Under the pieces are notes generated by a model. It saw only the letters and a program-made list of their open reading frames with translations. It was not told the origin of the DNA and did no database searches. DNA of 64,000 bases, from the NCBI RefSeq assembly GCF_009914755.1, contig NC_060937.1; one strand, 5' to 3'. Positions 1 to 12,640 of this stretch are shown here, in pieces (position 1 is the stretch's first letter; each line of letters begins with the position of its first letter). The position numbers were made by a program, and so were the translations under genes. This DNA is from the human T2T-CHM13v2.0 reference genome, Homo sapiens.

Positions 1-19
1 AGAAGTAAAAACTGATAAC

Positions 20-448
20 TACAAGAATTGTACAGGAATGTTCACAGCAGGCTTCAAATGAAAGCCATCCAAATGTCTATCAATAGGAGAATGGATAAAC
101 AAACTGTGGTATGTTTATACAATGGAACATTATTCAGGAATTAAAAACAAACTGATAGGTACAGCAACATAGATGAATCTCAAATTAATGCTCTTCATGA
201 GAAAAAAAATACATACACACATACAACCATACCATGTGACTCTATTTATATATAGCTAAAGAACAAGCAAAACTAATCTACCATCATAAAAAAAAAAAAA
301 AAAAAAAAAAAAGAACAGTGATTTCCAGGGCAGGGTAAAGGGGTAGGAACACAAGAGAACATTTGGGATGATTAATGTAATCTTGGTGGTTATACAGGTT
401 TATAAAATTGTCAAAACCAACCAAAATAAATACTTAAGATCTGTGCAT
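20..448 (+). mobile_element. Old L1M 3' fragment (continues briefly after 905)
   Basis: L1 3'-end-like motifs (AAATGTCTATCAATAGGAGAATGGATAAACAAACTGTGGTATG), heavily diverged. Confidence 0.75.
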
Positions 449-892
449 CTGTTCACGATAGCAAAGACTTGGAACCAACCCAAATGCCCATCAATGATAG
501 ACTGGATAAAGAAAATGTGGCACCTATACACCATGGAATACTATGTAGCCATAAAAAATGATGAGTTCATGTCCTTTGCAGGGACATGGATGAAACTGGA
601 AACCATCATTCTCAGAAAACTAACACAGGTACAGAAAACCAAACACTGTATGTTCTCACTCATAAGTGGGAGTTGAACAATGAGAACACATGGACACAGG
701 GAGGGGAACAACACACACTGGGGCCTGTCAGGGGGTAGGGGGCTAGGGGAGGAATAGCATTAGGAGAAGTATCTAATGTAGATGACCGGTTGATGGGTGC
801 AGCAAACCACCATGGCACGTGTATACCTATGTAACAAACCTGCGTGTACTGCACATGTGTCCCAGGGCTTAAAGTATAATTAAAAAAAAAAA
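449..892 (+). mobile_element. 5'-truncated L1PA (ORF2 C-terminus + 3' UTR + polyA) with TSD
   Basis: Encodes FTIAKTWNQPKCPSMIDWIKKMW...HCMFSLISGS (L1 ORF2 C-terminus), then a G-rich 3' UTR and polyA. TSD is AAG(A/T)TCTGTGCAT at 436-448 and 893-905. Confidence 0.92.
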
Positions 893-1191
893 AAGTTCTG
901 TGCATTATATGTAAATCTTATTCCAGGTAAAAAAGAAACAGTAGGATGTGAGAAAAATAAATGTTTCTACTGAAATATTGATGGGTGAAGTAATAGGATG
1001 TCTGGGATAGGTTTTAAATACTCCAGAACAAAAATCAGTTAAAAGAAGATTGGCATAATATTGATAAATGTTGAAGCTGGATGATAAAATCATTAGGTTT
1101 ATACTATTCTCTCTAGCTTTAAATAACTTTGAAAATTCCTATAATGAAAAGTTAAAAGTTATTCATTCATATATTAATAAATATTTCTTAC

Positions 1192-1269
1192 TGTAGTTCT
1201 GTGGCACAAGTTCTGGATTCTTAGGAATTTTCAACTTGTAGGATACATCTCCAATATTAACTGTATCAC
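1192..1269 (-). CDS. VWA8: VWA8 coding exon 2 (78 nt, phase 1-1)
   Basis: Minus strand reads tctctttttag|GT GAT ACA GTT AAT ATT GGA GAT GTA TCC TAC AAG TTG AAA ATT CCT AAG AAT CCA GAA CTT GTG CCA CAG AAC TAC A|gtaaga. This gives (G)DTVNIGDVSYKLKIPKNPELVPQNY, continuing exon 1 in frame and matching VWA8. The ORF track misses it. Confidence 0.95.
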
Positions 1270-1396
1270 CTAAAAAGAGATTTTAAAAACAGAATAATTA
1301 TAAGAGACAAACGAGAAAACCATAGACTATGCAACAATGCTTGTCCTGACCTACAGAGAGGGATGTTACAGAAATGTACTACGCAGCTGTCTATAA

Positions 1397-2240
<844 letters not shown>

Positions 2241-2362
2241 TAACACAGATCCTCAACCTTTTTACATATCTTTGTACACCCGTATTTTTACTGCATACAG
2301 TTTCAAATTATCCAGCAACATATCCTCAAACTTCAACATTTCTAGGTGCATAAAAGGAATAA

Positions 2363-2755
<393 letters not shown>

Positions 2756-3349
2756 CTATTTTTTAATGTAACCTTAATTTCCGAGTGATCTTCTAAAGCC
2801 GAGGACTAAACTGAATAATCTCTCCCCGCTGTGCTCTCTCTAACAGCAAAATAGGCATGGTGATACCATTTGCATCTAGAATTTCATTTGGAAAGGGCTC
2901 AGAGACACTCCAAAAAAGTAGTCGTGCAAAACTCATCTTTCAGCACTGCCAGTTTAAAGCTAGCAAGATACCTTGAACACTAAGGCCTTAAATCATGGTA
3001 CTAATAACAATAGCCAACATTTGTTGAATGCTTACTACCTTCTAAGTATTTTTTGCATTCTCAAAATAATCCTATGAGACAGAAATTTTACAAATGAGAA
3101 AATTTGTAAATCCATAACAGAGTTTTTAACAGATAAAGAAATTTATTACAGGTATGTGGTAAATTGAGAGAGGAAGATAAGGACTACACACAAAGCTAAA
3201 TCCCTGCTAGGTCCAAAACTGGCAGCCAGAAAAAAGCAAGGCAAAAGATGATGAGGACCAAAATTCAAAAGCCTGCAAAGCTCCTCCATAACCCGTGCAC
3301 CGCTCCCTTTTCCTCCCCTGTCCAATTAACTCTTTGTCTTCACGCAATC

Positions 3350-3515
3350 TATCACAGAGATTCTCAAAGCATCAACGTCACCTGGGAACTTGTAAGTCAT
3401 ATAAATCTTCAGGCCCCACCTCAGACCTACTGAATTAGAAACCCTAAGGTCCAGCAATCGGTGTTACAATGAGCCCTCCAGATGATCTCTAATGCATGTT
3501 TGAGATCATTTGGTC
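3350..3515. mobile_element. MER5A-like hAT MITE
   Basis: CATCAACGTCACCTGGGAACTTG...CAGACCTACTGAATTAGAAAC...GCCCTCCAGATGAT motif string. Confidence 0.7.
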
Positions 3516-4309
3516 GTTTAAGTTCTAACACCCTCAAAAAACAGGTGGTCAGCAGTGCCTCATATAGTACAATCTTAGTTACTGCCAGGTATTGGTTGAC
3601 TGGTCATCTCGCCCTATTTTCCTTAATGCAGGAAAGAACCTATAAATTAGCTACTTTCTACAGTAGCTTTTCTTTTAAAAGATAAGCTTGCTTACAAATA
3701 TAAGTGATATTATCTACTGGCTTTTATTACAGAGTAGTTTCAAGAATTATAGTTACAGTATTTTCAAATAGGATGTCTTTACAAATGTTATTTCACTTCC
3801 TGAAAAGACTGTAATTATTTGGCCTCCTGACAAAATGATACTGAGTAATTAATCTGAACATAAGAAAAACGTTTTCAGGCACAGGTTCTCATTACAAACA
3901 TTCCCTGAGTGTTAGAGCTGACCGACATCATCCTTCTAATAAATAATCTAGAAAAAGGGCAGACTATACAAATTCATGGTAACTTGACAATTGGCTGTCC
4001 ATTTTTTTTTTAAAAAAAGTAAAATTCATACCTCACATTTCTGAAAGACAGTACATTCAAACTGAGTAACTGAGGAGAGTACAAAAAGGGAACTATTTAC
4101 AAAGGTATAGCAGAGTTTACGGAAACCAAAAAAGATGGTGCAGTATCCTAGGACTAGCAATAACAGAAAGTCATTACCGCCCCTAGGCCTGAAGGGGCAA
4201 GGGGAGAGAGCAAGCAGAGAGGGTCACTGTGTTAGGAAGCCTCCTTCTGGGTAACACAGCAAACCCATAATGGTGACCTGGCAGGGAGGGAGCTGGGAAA
4301 TAAACATGA

Positions 4310-5245
<936 letters not shown>

Positions 5246-5947
5246 CATTGGGAAACAGGGTGGTGATCAATGAGCCACATCTGCAATAGACAAAAGGGAA
5301 AAGTTATGACATTCATATGGACCAGGCATCTGCCATCTCTGCCTCAAACATTGATGTTCTTGGCCATCTTCTGTTACTACACTACACTTTCCTCAGTCAT
5401 TTAATCCATACCAATGTCCCAACTCTGACCTCTATACAACCTTTTTTTTTTTTTCAGTTAAGGGTACTCTTCAAACACCATATACAACTAATTCTTTAAA
5501 TGTCTATTTTGGCTCAGATCTCTCTCCTGAGTTTCATACCTGCCAGTAGCCTACTGGAGACTTTACCTAGATATTCCAGAGACAACTCAACAAACACACA
5601 GAAACAGAATTCTATATTGTCCATTGTGTGCGCCTAACCACCTCTAACCAGCTCCACCTCTTGTATTCCTATCTCAGTGACTAACACTTTATCTCCTCAG
5701 CCTAGAAGACCTTCCACATCTCTCTCACACCACTTGCCCTCTACACAACTACTACTGAAATATCTTCATCTCCCCATTGAACCTTCCCTAACTTTTCCTC
5801 TAGCACAAATTGATCACTCCATTAGTCTTTCTGCTAGCACAGGATCTGATTTATGCTTCTGTAATGGAAATACAAATTCAAGGAGATAAGAGACATTTTC
5901 TAACAATTAAAGAAGAGCTTTTTATCTACTTCCAAAATAGAGATAGG

Positions 5948-6040
5948 ATATTCTATTTCCACTTAAAAGATACACTCAGAATTTGTACTAAATTACTAGA
6001 ATATTCTGTTTCCACTTAAAAGATACACTCAGAATTTGTA
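5948..6040 (+). repeat. 40-bp direct repeat with a 13-bp spacer
   Basis: ATATTCT(A/G)TTTCCACTTAAAAGATACACTCAGAATTTGTA at 5948-5987 and 6001-6040. Confidence 0.93.
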
Positions 6041-6499
6041 ATATTTTTTCTTTTAAATGCCAATATTTACAACATACTGGAAATGTCATCGTTTGCAACT
6101 ATTTAAACTTACCAGGAAAACTTTAGCTATTAACCTAAAAATGTTCAAAGGGATACATATTTTTAAAATCCTCCTAGCAGATAAATAAGAAAAATTTTTG
6201 AAGACTACTGTTTAGTCTACAGGACTCTTTTTTTCTTGGTGCAAGGCCTAAGTTTTAATCATCATTTTATCCCCAATACCTGAAACCTACCAGATATTCA
6301 ATAAATGTTTGACAAATGAATAATTATAATTTTAAATTTTTTCTTAAGTATTGTTTTTAAGCTGTAATGTTTTCTCCTTTGAAAACATCCCACCTACTAA
6401 TGTGCTTATAAGTCAAGCCATCTATAATGATTTAAGTGAGGTAGTTTACTCTCTAAAGGGGAATAAGAATACTTATAAGACAACAGGTAACATAATTTA

Positions 6500-6932
6500 G
6501 GCAAAAGAAGCAAATGTATGCCTTTCTTCATGTAAACTGTGGGTTTACTTGAACTAGACTCAAATACTATTGAAGTGTCTAAAGTGCCTGAACCTTGCTG
6601 GATTTCTGATTGGTTCAGTTCACAGGGGCTCCTGTTAAGAAGTACACTACAGTCTTTATTATTATCCTGAGATTCTTCATGATAGCCCTTCTGGTGCACC
6701 ATATCCTCTCAAGTCTTAAATGTTTGTATGCAGCCATTCATTGAGCATTCAATGGTCTCACTTTGACCAGAACAGCAAGAACATAAAGAATTATTCAACT
6801 GATATGACATCATGGCTTTTAAATTCCATAATGAGACCAAGTAAGTCCATTAAGTTGGTGACAGAGAGTGGCAACAATGCCCAAAGTTTCAGTGAATCTG
6901 TCAAAATTGAGAAGCTAACCAAAGGGGCAAAT
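6500..6932 (+). mobile_element. ERV1 (MER4-group) internal 3' fragment ending in a polypurine tract
   Basis: Directly precedes an LTR and ends in AAAGGGGCAAAT, a PPT-like run just before the TG. Confidence 0.55.
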
Positions 6933-7326
6933 TGTTAAATTCAACCAAATTTGGTCTAAGGATGCCTCCGTACTTGGAGTCCTTATGTAATGAATTGCAA
7001 CATAACTTTGTATGTAAATTAACTGAAACCGGAACTTAGGAGTATACTTTGGTAACAAATAGATGAGTCTTAGCCAATCTGAGCAGCTGAGCTTGGGTCA
7101 ACCACAGGCTGCCAACTGATGAGACCGTGTTCAAGTAAGGCAAACACTGAGTTATAGCCAAGTAAGCTGTTTCCGTACCTGACTTCCATTTTCTGTCCAT
7201 AAATGCTGCCTGCTCACGTTTCAGAATGGAGCTCTCTGAGCTTATTCTGGTTCTGAGGACTGCCCAATTCACAAATTGTTCTGTGCTTAAATTCTGTTAA
7301 GTTTAGTGAGTCTAAAGTTTCTAACA
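6933..7326 (+). mobile_element. MER57-family ERV1 LTR
   Basis: TGTTAAATT...CTAACA termini. Internal ACCGTGTTCAAGTAAGGCAAAC, CTGTCCATAAAT and CTGCCCAATTCACAAATTGTTC resemble the MER57 consensus. Confidence 0.8.
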
Positions 7327-7354
7327 GTAGCTTTGACAAAGAAGTTGGTTTCAT

Positions 7355-7578
7355 GAGGGTTTTTCAACAGCGGCCCTATGAACATTTTGGGCCAGATAAT
7401 TTTTTGTTGTGAGGGGCTGTCCTGTGTGTCATGGACTGTTTAGCAGCATCACTGGCCTCTACCCGCTAGATGCCAGTAGCACCCCTCCCTCCTGGTTCTG
7501 ATAACCAAAAAGAAACATCTCCAGACATTGCTAAATGTCCCCTGAGGGGGAGAAATCACCTTGGGTTGAGAACTACTG
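7355..7578 (+). mobile_element. MER20 (hAT-Charlie MITE)
   Basis: TTTGGGCCAGATAATT...GGCCTCTACCCGCTAGATGCCAGTAGCACC...CTCCAGACATTGCTAAATGTCCCCTG...GTTGAGAACTACTG. Confidence 0.88.
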
Positions 7579-8214
7579 GGTTAGTGTCATCATTTTTATA
7601 TATACTAAACTTAGACCCAAGAGAAAACTAAATATATCAGCAATTCCCACACTAGTCTATGTGCCCCTAATGCAGATCTGCCTAATGATTTATAAGCTTA
7701 CCATTGTTCTGAGCCTTTCTGTTAAATTCTTGAATACACAATGGGGTCAGAATATCCTCAGGGTCAAAATAACCTGCTGCAGGTTTAAAGTAGTTAATAA
7801 TTTCCCCAAGGTTCAATACCTGATAAATACAAAACTTAGACCAAAACCACAGTATAGTTCTTTCCTCTTTACACTGTATTTCTCAGTTGAAGCCACAGTT
7901 CTATATTTCCCCTCCTCAAAGTTATTTCTATCTAATCCTATTGTAGCCCAAGGATATAATCTTAAAATAACAAAAATTCATGTAGATGGATGTTTATTGC
8001 ATTGTTTATATATTTTAGACAACATGAATGTGCAAGAATGAGACAGTAAAATAAATTATATGGACAAACATATAAACTTAATAACTACTTTAAACAATCA
8101 TGTACAATGATATTTATTACCATGTTAATATGTTCACAATAATGGATGTAATAATTATAAAACATACATGATCCCATTTCTTTAAAAAAATGTATCTGTA
8201 TAAATATACATATC

Positions 8215-8909
<695 letters not shown>

Positions 8910-10399
8910 TTAATGCTAAAAAGTTGATAATTATAAATTTGGGTGGGAGGATCATGTTTTAGGGAATCTGTACTTATCACTCTTCTATAATAAACATAGA
9001 TTGCTGTGTAAAAGTATTTTAGGGTATTTCTATAAACAAATTTACTTCATATACAAGAGTCATAAAGAAAAAACTGTGAATCCCTTTAATAATAATGGCG
9101 TTAAAGGAAAGCACCAAAATGTCATGATATATTTATACAGTTATGTTTCTAGGTTTATCATTTGATCTATAGTATATTTGAATCCATTTAACATCAGAGT
9201 CCCACTGAAACAACTTGCTTGGCTCCATCTGTAAAAACACTACAATAATCTTTATTGAAAACTCTCTGCAGTAGATATCCTTGTTAACCTCTTTGCTCTT
9301 AAAACCAAGAGACAGTAATTTTAATGGAAGTATAAAGAGATATAAAGAATTTACAATTATAGATACTTATACTATCTGACAGCACAGGATAAAAAGCAGT
9401 GGGTTTGGGTTGAGTTTATCTGCTTGTTTTGTTTTTAACATAAATGACCTATTTTCCTTCTGCTTATCAGGCTTAACAAAGGTCCTCTCTTGAGAGCAAA
9501 CGACAATTCCAGCCTCTCCTGCTCCTTCTCTGTATGAACTTTCACAAAATAAGCCACTGAATGCTTACTAGGTACAAAGTGTTGGCAGGCACCAAACGAA
9601 TATATAGATAAACAAAACAAATACTCCAGGAGAAATAACAGCAGTATATAACTTAAATATATTATTTATGAACTTTGTTGTTCTTTTTTCAAACTATTAG
9701 GAAGCAATGTCAATTACAGAGAGAGGAGATAATCAGTTACTGGTCACATGTATGAATGCAGCTGAGAGCATCATCCCAACATAAGATGTAATCCATTATG
9801 GCCTATTGCTATTTGTAGTTTTACACTTGTCCATGTATGATCTCTGATTCAAAATGGGACACTTCCATCTTGATAGCCTTACTCTCAGGCCTCAGAGTAG
9901 CCAAAAGTGTGCTGTCCATTTACCTGGCTCACAACTGCTCTTACTCAAGTCCAGATCTCTGGTGGGTTCCCAGCTGCATTCAGTTACAGTTCTCACACCC
10001 TCAAAAAATACCTCTTTTTGGTCTGATCCTGCCAGAGTAAATGACTGATTTAAAGAAGATAGTATGTTCTCTGTAATATGTCCATGACTCTCACATTTGA
10101 AGCAAAGCCTATACTTTGATTTACTGGCTATAACAAAATTTGAGGACATTTACAACTTATCTACCAATACGTATATAATACAGACTTTAAAAACTCACAC
10201 CCACATGTGTTTTTACAATCAACATGTATTATCCATGTACAAAGAACAATTGTTTTTTAAAAAGTTCAAGTCAATTCACTCGGCTAAATCTGCCTACCCA
10301 GATAGTCTGAACAGTCCTGAATCTAAACAAACTTGGTTTCATGTCTTCTAAAGGCAAGGAAACAGAATAATTCTCAAATAGCTAAAACTGTACATACTA

Positions 10400-10640
10400 A
10401 GAATAAAAAAGCTAACTTTTATTGAGCATTAATATGTGCCACAGATTATATTAATTAATAAATCCTCACAACAACCATAATAGATATATTCTTCTTATCC
10501 TTTTACAGTTAAGAAAACTAGGACACAAAGTTAAGTAACCTACCCTCAACGACCCATGGTTAGATAGTGGATAAGTGGATTCCAACCCAAATTGTTTAAC
10601 TCCAAAACCCAACCTATAGTTTATGCTATACTTCCACCTT
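10400..10640 (-). mobile_element. MIR
   Basis: TTTATTGAGCA...AATCCTCACAACAACC...TTTTACAGTTAAGAAAACT core. Confidence 0.65.
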
Positions 10641-10862
10641 TGACCTCTGCCTTCTAGGGCAAAGGAGCAAAAAACAAATAAAGAACACACAAAAAATGTA
10701 AAAAACAAATGAATAAACAGCCCAGAAGTGAGAGTAATTGAGAAAAAGCAAAAAAAAAAAAAAAAACAAAAAGTAAAATTTGAAATTGCAACACTATGGT
10801 GGGGGACGGGGGTGGTGTATGTCTTCAATGAATAAAACGAAATACGTGGGACCTAAATATGC

Positions 10863-11163
10863 TTTTTTTTTTTTTTTTTTTGAGATGGAGTCTTGCTCTG
10901 TCGCCCAGGCCGGAGTGCAGTGGCTCCGGTCACTCCAAGCTCCGCCTCCCGGGTTCACGCCATTCTTCTGCCTCAGCCTCCGGAGTAGCTGGGATTACTG
11001 GCGCCCGCCACCACGCCCGGCTAATTTTTCTGTATTTTCTTTTTAGTAGACACGGGGGTTTCACCGTGTTAGCCAGGATGGTCTCGATCTCCTGACCCCG
11101 TGATCCGCCCGCCTCAGCCTCCCAAAGTGCTGGGATTACAGGCGTGAGCCACCGCGCCCGGCC
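10863..11163 (-). mobile_element. AluY (CpG-rich)
   Basis: GGGTTCACGCCATTC and CCGTGTTAGCCAGGATGGTCTCGATCTCC diagnostics, flanked by ATATGCT repeats. Confidence 0.92.
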
Positions 11164-11889
11164 CATATGCTCATTTCTTAGCAAGGAAAACTGGGGGTTG
11201 CGGGGAAAATGCAAGAGGACAACGAAACCTACAATTTCATAGTGAAAACCTGTTATTCCAAGCAGCACTGACATTGACAAAATCTTGTCTGGAATCACTT
11301 CACCATTCAAGGGTAGCAACAACAGATATCCTTTCCTTAACCATCACAGTAACTCTAACTCCACCAACACACAAGAAAAAGAATTCCTAAAACCAGCTCA
11401 AGTAGAGCCAAAAAATACTGAGCTTAGAAATCAAAGCATGTGATTCTAGCATAGTAATTAGTTGTGTGTTCTCCAGCGAATCACTTTTCCCTTCTGGGTT
11501 TCAATTACCTCATTTGTAGAGGCAAGTGTTTTAACTAAATTAAGGTGTAACTGTCAGCTCTAAGAATTACGTGAAACTTTAAGGAAAACTCCTGTAAAAC
11601 TTGGAAAGGCTCGGGGATGCATTTAAAACACCGTGAACTATGGGTTCTTTGGCAAGAATGTTCCCTTCTAAGCCGCCACAAGCCCTGGCTAGAACATGAC
11701 ACAGACCGGCTTCCAGGCCCTTGAGGCTCAGAGAGCAAGGTCAAATCCAGCTTTCAATAATTCCATAGGGCTGAGGCATTAACCTCTACGAGTATTATAA
11801 CCTAAGTCAGAATTCTGGGGGTAAAGGCAGCGGCAGGGGAAGGAGAAATCACTCTTCTAGGTCATCAGAAACCTTAGTCCAGACCCCTC

Positions 11890-12640
11890 GGGTTGCAGAA
11901 TCAGGCACAGAGAGGGCGAGCGCCTTGCCCCCACGTTACACAGCAGTTAGCGCCGAGGTCGGGACTAGAACCTCAATCTTTCAGCTCCCCGCTCGGCAAA
12001 CGGTCCTTCCAAGCGCAGCGAAGCAACAGAGAGGAGGGGCGGGGGCGCGCGGGGACCCGGCACGGAGCGCAGGGGCACCAGGGAGGACAGGGGCGCACCC
12101 CGAGTTACCTGTGTCGGCCCCCGAGCCGGCGTGCAACAGTCTGACCTCCGGCCGCTGCCTGTCGCCACCCGGCCTGCGCTGCACCACCTGCCGCAGGAGC
12201 AGCCGCATGCGCCGCGAGGCCGGGCCGCCGTGGCCTCCGGGTGCCCCGAGGAGTAGAAGCCGGGATTGCATGGCGCCGGGGGGGCTGTCGGGGACGGCGA
12301 GGGGGCTCGGGGATCGAGCGGCGTCCCGTGCAGGCACCGTGAGGCAGCGCGGAGAAGGGGACAGGAAGCGGCACCTAGCCGAGTCCGCCGGAAACTCCTT
12401 CCCCCGCGGCGCGGCCGGCTCAGTAGACTCAGCCCGGCCCTACCCGGCCCTGCATGGCCCAGACGGGCGGAAAGAGCCTGCGGAGCTCCAGCCCAAAGAG
12501 CCGGCACCGTCCCGGGACTGCCCGCACCGCGGGGGTGCTCCGAGCTGCGGCGCTGGGCTCTGGCAAGCGCCTCGCAGTCCGTGAGACTGTCTGTTCACCT
12601 GGATGCACCAGGCCTTCACCCGCCGTTTCCCTGCGATCCC
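11890..12640. promoter_or_regulatory. CpG island / probable bidirectional promoter of VWA8
   Basis: The only extended GC- and CpG-rich non-Alu block in the window. It spans exon 1 and carries a GC box (GGGGCGGGGG, ~12036-12045) and ETS cores (CAGGAAG ~12362, CCGGAAA ~12388). No TATA box seen. Confidence 0.9.
12109..12271 (-). CDS. VWA8: VWA8 coding exon 1 (N-terminal targeting region, 54 codons + 1 nt)
   Basis: ATG at 12271 in GCCATGC context translates MQSRLLLLGAPGGHGGPASRRMRLLLRQVVQRRPGGDRQRPEVRLLHAGSGADT(G), recognised as the human VWA8 N-terminus. It ends at a canonical donor CAG|GTAACT (intron starts 12108) and joins exon 2 in frame (phase 1). Confidence 0.96.

Noticed and set aside
368-676. 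102-aa ORF
   Set aside because: C-terminus of L1 ORF2 from a truncated L1PA joined to flanking sequence.
5948-6040. Repeat-spacer-repeat resembling a mini CRISPR array
   Set aside because: Only two units, a 13-bp spacer, human intronic context and no cas genes.
7535-8041. 168-aa plus-strand ORF
   Set aside because: Starts in MER20 and runs through AT-rich/MIR-like DNA. No recognisable domain, and it is antisense within an intron.
11981-12108. Read-through of the exon 1 frame past the donor (NSGCAPVLPG...)
   Set aside because: Intronic. The canonical donor at 12108 and the in-frame exon 2 explain the real CDS.
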